Below the pieces are notes generated by a model that saw only the letters and a program-made list of their open reading frames with translations, had not been told where the DNA came from and did not search any database. Made by a program: the position numbers and the translations under genes. A stretch of 64,000 nt of DNA from Eledone cirrhosa (taxonomy: Eukaryota), in assembly GCA_964016885.1 (NCBI GenBank), contig OZ024759.1, positions 3,720,001-3,784,000 of the forward strand. The letters run 5' to 3'. Positions 12,263-25,200 of this stretch are shown piece by piece. Within the stretch, counting starts at the first letter, position 1, and each line of letters begins with the position of its first letter.

Positions 12263-12400
12263 CTGTCTGACAATTGCTACCTTGATAGCCAGCTTCACAG
12301 CCACCACTGGAACATACACCTGTGATGGGGTCACACTTGCTGTTGTTGGCACGGTGACATAAGTTAATACAGTTGTCACCAAATTTACCACTTCTACACT
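12263..12400 (-). CDS. EGF-like module exon E5 (4th Cys replaced by Arg)
   Basis: atgtacccag|AG TGT...ACA G|gtgagt. 138 bp. ECRSGKFGDNCINLCHRANNSKCDPITGVCSSGGCEAGYQGSNCQT. Confidence 0.88.
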
Positions 12401-12419
12401 CTGGGTACATTAAATATGA

Positions 12420-13485
12420 AGAATATAGAAGTTAGATGGAATGAGATGTGAAATGTATGTGATATACAATGTATGAGTTGTGAAATGTATGGGATGTGAA
12501 ATGTATGGGATGTGAAATGTAGGAATATGAAATGTAGTGGGTGTGCAATGTAGGGATGTGAAATGTAGGGATGGGGAATGTAGGAGATGTGAAATGTAGG
12601 GATGAGGAATGTAGGGATGAGGAATGTAGGAGATGTGAAATGTAAGGATGTGAAATGTAGGGATGAGGAATGTAGGAGATGTGAAATGTAGGAGATGTGA
12701 AATGTAGTAGATATGAAATGTAAGAGATGTGAAATGTAAGAGATGTGAAATGTAAGAGATGTGAAATGTCGGAGATGTGAAATGTAAGGATGTGAAATGT
12801 AGGAGATGTGAAATGTAGGAGATGTGAAATGTAGTAGATGTGAAATGTAGTAGATGTGAAATGTAAGAGATGTGAAATGTAAGAGATGTGAAATGTAAGA
12901 GATGTGAAATGTAAGAGATATGAAATGTAAGAGATGTGAAATGTAGGAGATGTGAAATGAAAGGATGTGAAATGTAAGAGATGTGAAATGTAGGAGATGT
13001 GAAATGTAGGAGATGTGAAATGTAGGATATGTGAACTGTAAGGATGTGAAATGTAAGATATGTGAAATGTAAGAGATGTGAAATGTAGGAGATGTGAAAT
13101 GTAGGAGATGTGAAATGTAGGAGATGTGAAATGTAGGAGATGGAAATGTAAGGATGTGAAATGTAAGAGATGTGAAATGTAGGTGATGTGAAATGTAGGA
13201 GATGTGAAATGTAGGAGATGTGAAATGTAAGAGATGTGAAATGTAGATGTGAAATGTAAGAGATGTGAAATGTAGGAGATGTGAAATGTAGATGTGAAAT
13301 GTAAGGGATGTGAAATGTAGGAGATGTGAAATGTAGGAGATGTGAAATGTAAGGATGTGAAAGGTAAGAGATGTGAAATGTAGGTGATGTGAAATGTAGG
13401 ATATGTGAAATGTAAAGGTATGGATTGTATAATGTGAAATATAGATGTGAATTGTGTGAGATGTGAAATGTAGAGAATGTACAAA
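12420..13485. repeat. ~16-bp minisatellite (gatgtgaaatgtagga)n
   Basis: Direct reading; 13/14/16-bp variants. Confidence 0.95.
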
Positions 13486-13536
13486 AATAACAGTAAACAT
13501 CAATAACAACAACAGCAACCATCATCAACAACAATA

Positions 13537-13777
13537 GTGGTGGTGGTGGTGGTGGTGGTGGTGGTAATGGAGGTGGTGGTGGTAGTGGTGGTGCTGGTAG
13601 TGGAGGTGGTGGTGGTAGTGGTGGTGGTGGTCGATGTGGTGGTGGCAGTGGTGGTGGTAGTGGTAGTGGTGGTGGTGGTAGTGGTAGTGGTGGTGGTGGT
13701 AGTGGTAGTGGTGGTAGTGGTGTGGTAGTGGTGGTGGTATTAGTGGTGGTGGTGGGGGTAGTGGTGGTAGTGGTGGT

Positions 13778-13808
<31 letters not shown>

Positions 13809-14810
13809 GTAGTGGTGGTGGTGGTGGTAGTGGTGGTGGTGGTGGTAGTGGTGGTAGTGGTGGTGGTGGTGGTGGTAGTGGTGGTGGTGGTGGTAGTTGA
13901 GGTGGTGGTGGTGGTAGTAGAGGTGGAGGTGGTGGTAGTGGTGGTGGTAGTGGTGGTAGTGGTGGTGGTAGTGGTGGTGGTGGTGGTGGTAGTGGTGGTG
14001 GTGTTGGTAGTGGAGGTGGTGGTGGTGGTAGTAGAGGTGGTGGTGGTGGAGGTGGAGGTGGTTGTGGTGGTGGTGGTGGTTGAGGTGGTAGTGGTGGTAG
14101 TGGTGGTGGTAGTGGTCGTGGTGGTGGTGGTGGTGGTGGTAGTGGTAGTGGTGGTGGTGGTGGAGGTGGTGGTGGTGGTGGTGGTGGTAGTGGTGGTGGT
14201 AGTGGTGGCGGTAGTGGTGGTGGTGGTGGTAGTGGTGGTGGTAGTGGTGGAGGTGATGGAGGTGGTGGTGGTGTTAGTGGTGGTAGTGGTGGTGGTGGTG
14301 GTGGTAGTGGTGGTGGTGGTGGTGGTAGTGGTAGTGGTGGTGGTGGTGGTGGTGGTGGTAGTGATGGTGGTGGTAGTGGTTGTAGTAATGGCAGTGGTGG
14401 TAGTGGTGGTGGTAATGGCAGTGGTGGTAGTTGAGGTGATGGTGATGATGGTGGTGGTAGTGGTGGTGGTGGTCGATGTGGTGGTGGTGGTGGTGGCGGT
14501 AGTGATGGTGGTGGTAGTGGTTGTAGTAATGGCAGTGGTGGTAGTGGAGGTGGTGGTGATGGTGGTGGTGGTGGTGGTAGTGGTGGTGGTAGTGGTGGTG
14601 GTGGTGGTGGTAGTGGTGGTGGTAGTACAGAGTATGGTGGTGGTGGTGGTGGTGGTTGGTGGTGGTTGTGGAGGTGGTGGGGTTGTGGTGGTGGTTGCAG
14701 TGGGAGTTGTGGTGGTTGATAGTGATGTTGGGTAGTGGTTGCGGTTGTGGTAGTGGTGGTAGTAGTGATGATGATGATAATAACAATGATGATATTTATG
14801 ATGATGATAG
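13537..14810. repeat. Degenerate (GGT/AGT)n trinucleotide tract
   Basis: Direct reading. Confidence 0.95.
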
Positions 14811-14822
14811 TACACCACTTAC

Positions 14823-14960
14823 CTGTCTGACAGTTGCCACCTTCATATCCAGGAGCACATCCTCCATTAGAGCAGCTACCAGTCTGTGGCTTACATTTAC
14901 TCTTGTCAGCACAATGACACATGTTTCGACAGTTTGGTCCAAATTTTCCTCTCTTACATC
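14823..14960 (-). CDS. EGF-like module exon E4
   Basis: tgatttgtag|GA TGT...ACA G|gtaagt. 138 bp. GCKRGKFGPNCRNMCHCADKSKCKPQTGSCSNGGCAPGYEGGNCQT. Confidence 0.9.
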
Positions 14961-16322
14961 CTACAAATCAATCAATAACAAATATATATTTTGGTGTGTA
15001 TTTGTGTGGCCTTGTGGTAAGGGTGTTGGACTTACAATCATAATGTCGTGAGTTCTATTCCTCAACTAGGTTGTGTGTTGTGTTCTTGAGCAAAAGTATT
15101 TCCATTCATGTTGCTCCAGTATAATAATAATTGTTTCTACTTTTGACACAAGGCCAGCAATTACCCAGTACATTACTGGTACTTTATTTTATCGACCCCG
15201 TAAGGATGAAAGGCAAAGTTAACCTTGGTGGGATTTGAACTCGGATCATAAAGGGACGTAACTCTATGCTTCAAAGCATGGCGTCCGACTCTCTACCAAT
15301 ACTGACAATCCACCGCTCCAGTATAATAATAATAATAGTGAAATTATTGTGTACAGTGCTCAGGTGCACTATAACTCATCAAAGGTGCATGTAAAGCACA
15401 TAGAATAATGAACAAATGTCAGGAAAATGAACAGTGTATGAGTCATGATAAACATATGTACGTGTGTATGGAGGAGGGATATCAGGTGTAGTGTTGGCGA
15501 ATTTCAGGAAGCTTGGAGATCAGTGCCAGTAATAGCTGGTGATTTAACCTTGGGATGGACTGGTGCCCTGTCCAGGGGAAGTTTTGTATTTTAAGTCACT
15601 TCATGCCATAGATAGCACTGGCCTGATGACCCTCAGCACTCGAGACACACTTTAGACATTTTTTTGTTTTTGTATATTCAACAGCCCAGTCCTTCTAACT
15701 GTCGGTAGGTATCACACTGAGCAGAGTCCACTGTATTCCCCACACCTGGACAGGATGCTAGTCCATTGCATGGTATTTCACTGCTATATTATTCTATCTA
15801 CTCCAAAAGTATGACAGAAAAAGTTGATTTTGGTGGGATTTGAATACCGTTTTAAAAAAGAACTCAAAATCACAACCCATTAAAACCTTTAGAATTTAAA
15901 CCGGCCACAATTCTCTCACTTCTTTATGTTCAAACCAGCCATAACTGGCTGCTCATACTTATGTTAAGGTATTGTTCTCAAAATAAATAATATCAAAATC
16001 TCATAGATTTGATATTATGTGAGATAATTATATGAGATAAAGCCTTTACTGTGAAAATATAATAGTGTATATGAAGTAGTGTAAATGCTAAAGGGTTAAT
16101 CTGTAACTCTACTGCCCCTGCTACTCACATCTTCCTCATGATGAACATTTAACATTCACTTCCCCTGTAACCAAGAGTGGGATGTGTCAACAGAGACCGA
16201 CTCAGAACTTAATCGGAGCTACTGACCTCTCAGATGTTACTGGATACATTTCATCATGACTGAAGAGGACATTCATCCATTTGTCTGGTAGATTTTCTAA
16301 AGAAATAGAACTACAAAAGAGC

Positions 16323-18150
16323 ACACACGTGTCTGACAGGTGCTACCTTATAACCAGGACCACACCATCTACTGTAACACACCTGTCTGACAGATGATAC
16401 CTTATAACCAGGACCACACCATCTACTGTAACACACCTGTCTGACAGGTGCTACCTTATAACCAGGACTACACTATCTACTGTAACACACTTGTCTGATA
16501 GATGATACCTTATAACCAGGACAACACCATCTACTGTAACACACCTGTCTGACAGGTGCTACCTTATAACCAGGATCACACCATCTACTGTAACACACCT
16601 GTCTGACAGCTGCTACCTTATAACCAGGACCACACCTTCTACTGTAACACACCTGTCTGATAGATGATACCTTATAACCAGGACCACACCATCTACTGTA
16701 ACACACCTGTCTGACAGCTGCTACCTTATAACCAGGACTACACTATCTACTGTAACACACTTGTCTGATAGATGATACCTTATAACCAGGACCACACCAT
16801 CTACTGTAACACACCTGTCTGACAGCTGCTACCTTATAACCAGGACCACACCATCTACTGTAACACAACTGTCTGACAGGTACTACCATATAACCAGGAC
16901 CACACCATCTACTGTAACACACCTGTCTGACAGCTGCTACCTTATAACCAGGACCACACCATCTACTGTAACACAACTGTCTGACAGGTGCTACCTTATA
17001 ACCAGGACCACACCATCTACTGTAACACACCTGTCTGACAGGTGCTACCTTATAACCAGGATCACACCATCTACTGTAACACACCTGTCTGACAGCTGCT
17101 ACCATATAACCAGGACCACACCATCTACTGTAACACACCTGTCTGACAGGTGCTACATTATAACCAGGACCACACCATCTACTGTAACACACGTGTCTGA
17201 CAGGTGCTACCTTATAACCAGGACCACACCATCTACTGTAACACACCTGTCTGACAGGTGCTACTTTATAACCAGGACCACACCATCTACTGTAACACAC
17301 CTGTCTGACAGCTGCTACCTTATAACCAGGACCACACCATCTACTGTAACACACCTGTCTGACAGGTGCTACCTTATAACCAGGACTTCACCATCTACTG
17401 TAACACACCTGTCTGACAGGTGCTACCTTATAACCAGGACCACACCATCTACTGTAACACACCTGTCTGATAGATGATACCTTATAACCAGGATCACACC
17501 ATCTACTGTAACACACGTGTCTGACAGGTGCTACCTTATAACCAGGACCACACCATCTACTGTAACACACCTGTCTGACAGGTGCTACCTTATAACCAGG
17601 ACCACACCATCTACTGTAACACACCTGTCTGACAGGTGCTACCTTATAACCAGGACTTCACCATCTACTGTAACACACCTGTCTGACAGGTGCTACTTTA
17701 TAACCAGGACCACACCATCTACTGTAACACACCTGTCTGACAGCTGCTACCTTATAACCAGGACCACACCATCTACTGTAACACACCTGTCTGACAGGTG
17801 CTACCTTATAACCAGGACTTCACCATCTACTGTAACATACCTGTCTGACAGGTGCTACCTTATAACCAGGACCACACCATCTACTGTAACACACCTGTCT
17901 GATAGATGATACCTTATAACCAGGATCACACCATCTACTGTAACACACGTGTCTGACAGCTGCTACCTTATAACCAGGACCACACCATCTACTGTAACAC
18001 ACCTGTCTGACAGGTGCTACCTTATAACCAGGACTTCACCATCTACTGTAACACACTTGTCTGACAGGTGCTACCTTATAACCAGGCCACACCATGTACT
18101 GTAACACACCTGTCTGATAGATGATACCTTATAACCAGGAACACACCTTC
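16323..18150. repeat. 54-bp minisatellite, ~34 units, derived from the EGF half-exon
   Basis: unit ctgtaacacacctgtctgacaggtgctaccttataaccaggaccacaccatcta. Confidence 0.95.
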
Positions 18151-18200
18151 CACTGGAACACACACCTGTCTCTGTCTTACACCTACTATCATCTTGACTA
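18106..18200 (-). pseudogene. Half-copy of an EGF exon downstream of E3; seed of the 54-bp minisatellite
   Basis: QDDSRCKTETGVCSSGRCVPGYK. Homologous, including the preceding intron bases, to 21693-21830. Confidence 0.75.
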
Positions 18201-18228
18201 AATATATTAAGTAGCAAACAAAGCTTAC

Positions 18229-18366
18229 CTGTCTGACAGTTGCTACCTTCATAACCAGCAGTACATCCTCCTCTAGAACACACACCTGTCTGTTTGTTAC
18301 ATTTACTGTTGTCAACACAGTGACATGTGTTGCCACAGTTGGCTCCAAATTTTCCATTTCTACAGA
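18229..18366 (-). CDS. EGF-like module exon E3
   Basis: tttatttccacag|TC TGT...ACA G|gtaagc. 138 bp. VCRNGKFGANCGNTCHCVDNSKCNKQTGVCSRGGCTAGYEGSNCQT. Confidence 0.9.
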
Positions 18367-18629
18367 CTGTGGAAATAAAAATATGAGAACAATGACAATA
18401 ACAACAACATATAACACTATACAAGATAATGCTTTCTGATTTAGGCACAAGGCCAGCAATTTTAGGGGAGGAGAAAATCAATTAAATCGACCCCAGTGTG
18501 TGACTGGTACTTCATTTTATCAACCCTGTTGGGATGAAAGGGATAGCTACCACAATTCTATCATCTATATTATAGCGTTGTCATCTATACTATATCTATA
18601 TCATCTGAACTATATTTGTATCATCTTAA

Positions 18630-21155
18630 TTTCCATGTTTCTAACACCCATGGATATGCCTACAAAGTCAGAAAACAGCACAGCTCCCATGACTTTCGGA
18701 AACATTTTTTCAAGCTCCGAGTTGCTGAAGCATGGAACAAACTACCTGCATCAGTTGTTAGCTGTCGAGACACTACATCCTTTAAAACCTCCATGGAACA
18801 AACTACCTGCATCAGTTGTTAGCTGTCGAGACACTACATCCTTTAAAACCTCCATGGAACAAACTACTTGGATCAGTTGTTCGCTGTCGAGACACTACAT
18901 CCTTTAAAACCTCCATGGAACAAACTACCTGCATCAGTTGTTAGCTGTCGAGACACTGCATCCTTTAAAACCTCCATGGAACAAACTACCTGCATCAGTT
19001 GTTAGCTGTCGAGACAGTACATCCTCTAAAACCTCCATGGAACAAACTACCTGCATCAGTTGTTAGCTGTCGAGACACATCCTTTAAAACCTCCATGGAA
19101 CAAACTACCTGCATCAGTTGTTAGCTGTCTAGACACTACATCCTTTAAAACCTCCATGGAACAAACTACCTGCATCAGTTGTTAGCTGTCGAGACACTAC
19201 ATCCTTTAAAACCTCCATGGAACAAACTACCTGCATCAGTTGTTAGCTGTCGAGACACTACATCCTTTAAAACCTCCATGGAACAAACTACCTGCATCAG
19301 TTGTTAGCTGTCGAGACACTGCATCCTTTAAAACCTCCATGGAACAAACTACCTGCATCAGTTGTTAGCTGTCGAGACACTGCATCCTTTAAAACCTCCA
19401 TGGAACAAACTACCTGCATCAGTTGTTAGCTGTCGAGACACTACATCCTTTAAAACCTCCATGGAACAAACTACCTGCATCAGTTGTTAGCTGTCGAGAC
19501 ACTACATCCTTTAAAACCTCCATGGAACAAACTACTTGCATCAGTTGTTAGCTGTTGAGACACTACATCCTTTAAAACCTCCATGGAACAAACTACCTGC
19601 ATCAGTTGTTAGCTGTCGAGACACATCCTTTAAAACCTCCATGGAACAAACTACTTGCATCAGTTGTTAGCTGTCGAGACACTACATCCTTTAAAACCTC
19701 CATGGAACAAACTACCTGCATTAGTTGTTAGCTGTCGAGACACTATATCCTTTAAAACCTCCATGGAACAAACTACCTGCATCAGTTGTTAGCTGTCGAG
19801 ACACTGCATCCTTTAAAACCTCCATGGAACAAACTACCTGCATCAGTTGTTAGCTGTCGAGACACATCCTTTAAAACCTCCATGGAACAAACTACTTGCA
19901 TCAGTTGTTAGCTGTCGAGACACTACATCCTTTAAAACCTCCATGGAACAAACTACCTGCATTAGTTGTTAGCTGTCGAGACACTACATCCTTTAAAACC
20001 TCCATGGAAGAAACTACCTGCATCAGTTGTTAGCTGTCGAAATACTACATCCTTTAAAACCTCCATGGAACAAACTACTTGCATCAGTTGTTAGCTGTCG
20101 AGACACTACATCCTTTAAAACCTCCATGGAACAAACTACCTGCATTAGTTGTTAGCTGTCGAGACACTACATCCTTTAAAACCTCCATGGAACAAACTAC
20201 CTGCATCAGTTGTTAGCTGTCGAGACACTACATCCTTTAAAACCTCCATGGAACAAACTACCTGCATCAGTTGTTAGCTGTCGAGATACATCCTTTAAAA
20301 CCTCCATGGAACAAACTACTTGCATCAGTTGTTAGCTGTTGAGACACTACATCCTTTAAAACCTCCATGGAACAAACTACCTGCATCAGTTGTTAGCTGT
20401 CGAGACACTACATCCTTTAAAACCTCCATGGAACAAACTACTTGCATCAGTTGTTAGCTGTTGAGACACTACATCCTTTAAAACCTCCATGGAACAAACT
20501 ACTTGCATCAGTTGTTAGCTGTCGAGACACTACATCCTTTAAAACCTCCATGGAACAAACTTCCTGCATCAGTTGTTAGCTGCCGAGACACTGCATCCTT
20601 TAAAACCTCCATGGAACAAACTCCCTGAATCAGTTGTTAGCTGTCGAGACACATCCTTTAAAACCTCCATGGAACAAACTCCCTGCATCAGTTGTTAGCT
20701 GTCGAGACACTACATCCTTTACAACCTCCATGGAACAAACTCCCTGCATCAGTTGTTAGCTGTCGAGACACTACATCCTTTACAACCTCCATGGAACAAA
20801 CTACCTGCATCAGTTGTTAGCTGTCGAGACACATCCTTTACAACCTCCATGGAACAAACTACCTGCATCAGTTGTTAGCTGTCGAGACACTACATCCTTT
20901 ACAACCTCCATGGAACAAACTCCCTGCATCAGTTGTTAGCTGTCGAGACACTACATCCTTTAAAACCTCTATGCTTCCTGAGATTCGTCAACGCTGCACC
21001 TGATGTCCCCCCCTTCCATACACACGCACACATGTATTTCATGACTCATACACTGTTCCTTTTCTTGACATTTAAACATTATTCTATGTACTATACATGC
21101 ACCTTTGATGAGTTGTAGTGCACCTGAGCATTGTACACAATAATTTCATTATTAT
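18630..21155 (+). mobile_element. CR1-type LINE 3' end carrying an internal 61-bp minisatellite expansion (~37 units, 18731-20970)
   Basis: FHVSNTHGYAYKVRKQHSSHDFRKHFFKLRVAEAWNKLP. Unit catggaacaaactacctgcatcagttgttagctgtcgagacactacatcctttaaaacctc; the normal 3'UTR resumes at ~20970. Confidence 0.9.
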
Positions 21156-21329
21156 ATTATTTTATACTCCAGTGGTATGACCTAAACTATATATAATCCA
21201 TACTATATCTATACAATCTATATGATTTCCGTAACATCGATATTATGTCTATATACTTGCCGATTCTCTACACTCCATACCAATGTTATACTATATATTC
21301 ATGTGGCTATGATATCCCCTTTATATTGT

Positions 21330-21665
21330 AAGCACATAGCTTAGTAGTTAGAGCATTGGCCTTGCAATCGAAAGGTTGTGAGTTCAATTCTCAGACCGGG
21401 TGATGTGTTGTTTCCTTGAGCAGGACACTTTATTTCACATTGCTCCAGTTTACTCAGTTGTAGAAATGTGATGATAGGGACTGGAGTCCATTACATTCCA
21501 CTGCAAAGTGGTCCTGGAGGTGCCACGGCAAAAAACACCCAATATTCACTGTAAATGAGGTTGGTGTTAGGAGGGGCATCCAGCTGTAGAAATCAAGCCA
21601 GAATCAGTTTCCGTCCCACCCTTGTAAGCAGGGAAAAGCAGACGTAAAATGATGATGATGATGAT
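21330..21665 (+). mobile_element. tRNA-derived SINE, family B, with RTE-like 3' tail
   Basis: Head tagcttagtagttagagcattggcc...gagttcaattc; tail cccacccttgtaagcagggaaaagcagacgtaaaatgatgatg. Confidence 0.8.
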
Positions 21666-21692
21666 TGTAACTCCAAAACAGTTTAAATCTAC

Positions 21693-21800
21693 CTGTCTCA
21701 CAGGTGTTACCTTCATAACCAGCACTACACCCTCCACTAAAACACACACCTGTCTCTGTGTTACACCTAGCTGTGTGTTACACCTATTGTCATCTTGACT
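21693..21800 (-). pseudogene. Half-copy of an EGF exon (3' half, donor site kept) just downstream of E2
   Basis: RCNTETGVCFSGGCSAGYEGNTCET then G|gtagat. It lacks the first four Cys and carries a ~17-bp internal duplication. Confidence 0.7.
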
Positions 21801-21842
21801 CAATATATCATGTTAGAAACAAAGCTATACTACACCACTTAC

Positions 21843-21980
21843 CTGTCTGACAGTTGCTACCTTCAGAACCAGCAGTACATCCTCCACTAGAACACACACC
21901 TGTCTGTTTGTTACACCTGTTATTATCAGCACAGTGGCATGTGTGTTTACAGTTAGCTCCAAATTTACCAATGTCACAGG
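21843..21980 (-). CDS. EGF-like module exon E2
   Basis: catattacag|CC TGT...ACA G|gtaagt. 138 bp. ACDIGKFGANCKHTCHCADNNRCNKQTGVCSSGGCTAGSEGSNCQT. Confidence 0.9.
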
Positions 21981-22249
21981 CTGTAATATGAAATGTAATG
22001 TAAACAGTTTGAACAATTTCAAGATATAATATTTACAATTATTAACCTTTTTGATATCAAAATACCTGACACCGATTAACTGTTTTACTCTATATATTTA
22101 TCTAAAAACTTCCCACTATAGTGTTATGTAAGAACTTTTGTTAGGTTATGTTCCATCCAAAATATTAGTGATGAAAATCTCAGTTATATAACTATAGCCC
22201 TTCAAATTCTTCATTATATAAAAATTTGTTTAAAATCGTATGCAATATA

Positions 22250-25200
22250 TTTCTTTAGTAATATGGTAATGAAAGGATTAATGACATAGACAGTGTCTTT
22301 AAGTAGAAATATGGTAATGAAATGGTTAATGATATAGACAGTGTCTTTAAGTAGAGATATGGTAATGAAGGGATTAATGACATAGACAGTGTCTTTAAGT
22401 AGAGATATGTAATGAAAGGTTTAATGACATAGACAGTGTCTTTAAGTAGAAATATGGTAATGAAAGGGTTAATGATATAGACAGTGTCTTTAAGTAGAAA
22501 TATGTAACGAAAGGATTAATGACATAGACAGTGTCTTTAAGTAGAGATATGTAATGAAAGGGTTAATGACATAGACAGTGTCTTTAAGTAGAGATATGGT
22601 AATGAAAGGGTTAATGACATAGACAGTGTCTTTAAGTAGAAATATGGTAATGAAAGGGTTAATGATATAGGTAGTGTCTTTAAGTAGAAATATGGTAATG
22701 AAAGGTTTAATGACATAGACGGTGTATTTAAGTAGAGATATGTAATGAAAGGTTTAATGACATAGACAGTGTCTTTAAGTAGAGATATGTAATGAAAGGA
22801 TTAATGACATAGACGGTGTCTTTAAGTAGAGATATGTAATGAAAGGGTTAATGACATAGACAGTGTCTTTAAGTAGAAATATGTAATGAAAGGATTAATG
22901 ACATAGACGGTGTCTTTAAGTAGAGATATGTAATGAAAGGGTTAATGACATAGACAGTGTCTTTAAGTAGAAATATGGTAATGAAAGGGTTAATGACATA
23001 GACAGTGTCTTTAAGTAGAGATATGTAATGAAAGGGTTAATGACATAGACAGTGTCTTTAAGTAGAAATATGGCAATGAAAGGGTTAATGACATAGACAG
23101 TGTCTTTAAGTAGAGATATGTAATGAAAGGGTTAATGACATAGACAGTGTCTTTAAGTAGAAATATGGTAATGAAAGGGTTAATGACATAGACAGTGTCT
23201 TTAAGTAGAGATATGTAATGAAAGGTTTAATGACATAGACAGTGTCTTTAAGTAGAGATATGTAATGAAAGTTTTAATGACATGTCTTTAAGTAGAAATA
23301 TGGTAATGAAAGAGTTAATGACATAGACAGTGTCTTTCATTAGAAATATGGTAATGAAAGGGTTAATGATATAGACAGTGTCTTTCATTAGAAATATGGT
23401 AATGAAAGGGTTAATGATATAGACAGTGTCTTTCATTAGAAATATGGTAATGAAGGGGTTAATGACATAGACTGTGTCTTTCATTAGAAATATGGTAATT
23501 AAAGGGTTAATGACATAGACAGTGTCTTTCATTAGAAATATGGTAATGAAAGGGTTAATCACATAGACGGTGTCTTTAAGTAGAGATATGTAATGAAAGG
23601 GTTAATGATATAGACAGTGTCTTTAAGTAGAGATATGTAATGAAAGGGTTAATGATATAGACAGTGTCTTTAAGTAGAGATATGGTAATGAAAGGGTTAA
23701 TGACATAGACAGTGTCTTTAAGTAGAGATATGTAATGAAAGGATTAATGACATAGACGGTGTCTTTAAGTAGAGATATGTAATGAAAGGGTTAATGATAT
23801 AGACAGTGTCTTTAAGTAGAGATATGGTAATGAAAGGGTTAATGACATAGACAGTGTCTTTAAGTAGAGATATGTAATGAAAGGGTTAATGACATAGACA
23901 GTGTCTTTAAGTAGAAATATGGTAATGAAAGGGTTAATGACATAGACAGTGTCTTTAAGTAGAGATATGTAATGAAAGGGTTAATGATATAGACAGTGTC
24001 TTTAAGTAGAAATATGGTAATGAAAGGGTTAATGACATAGACAGTGTCTTTAAGTAGAGATATGTAATGAAAGTTTTAATGACATGTCTTTAAGTAGAAA
24101 TATGGTAATGAAAGAGTTAATGACATAGACAGTGTCTTTCATTAGAAATATGGTAATGAAAGGGTTAATGATATAGACAGTGTCTTTCATTAGAAATATG
24201 GTAATGAAAGGGGTAATGACATAGACAGTGTCTTTAAGTAGAAATATGGTAATGAAAGGATTAATGACATAGACAGTGTCTTTCATTAGAAATATGGTAA
24301 TGAAAGATTATATGATATAGACAGTGTCTTTAAGTAGAGATATGGTAATGAAAGGATTAATGACATAGACAGTGTCTTTAAGTAGAAACTTGGTAATGAA
24401 AAGTTTAATGACATAGAGTCTATGTCATTAAGCCTTAATCCAAATATTCAATTACTTTCAATCAAGAAACAAATGCAAATATCCGACTAACTTGAATTTT
24501 CCCTCGGATTTTAAAATTATTTTACGTATTTTTTCTATATTAGTTTTTTGAACTTAATATTATTATTTTTCTATTGTATTTCTTTATAATTATGTGAAGG
24601 CAAAAATATTTTATATTGTAACTTTTTATGTTAAATAATAAATGACTATAAAACTATACAAATTTTATATACTATATATTATAATAATTTCACAAAAGTC
24701 GCATTTATAGGTATATCAACTTATGCGGCCTCCTTTATTACTGCCTAATTTAAATGTGGCCTCTAATGGTAAAAAGGTTCCTCTCCTCTGACATAGACAG
24801 TGTCTTTCATTAGAAATATGGTAATGAAAGGGTTAATGACATAGACAGTGTCTTTAAGTAGAGATATGTAATGAAAGGGTTAATGATATAGACAGTGTCT
24901 TTAAGTAGAAATATGGTAATGAAAGGGTTAATGACATAGACAGTGTCTTTAAGTAGAGATATGTAATGAAAGTTTTAATGACATGTCTTTAAGTAGAAAT
25001 ATGGTAATGAAAGAGTTAATGACATAGACAGTGTCTTTCATTAGAAATATGGTAATGAAAGGGTTAATGATATAGACAGTGTCTTTCATTAGAAATATGG
25101 TAATGAAAGGGGTAATGACATACACAGTGTCTTTAAGTAGAAATATGGTAATGAAAGGATTAATGACATAGACAGTGTCTTTCATTAGAAATATGGTAAT

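Noticed and set aside
12410-14922. 802-aa Thr/Pro/His-rich 'mucin-like' ORF and 465-aa EGF+poly-Pro ORF
   Set aside because: These are stop-free frames of (GGT)n and the 16-mer array. E4 has a canonical GTAAGT donor, and the same tract recurs at 29647-32730 with different repeat counts and no exons.
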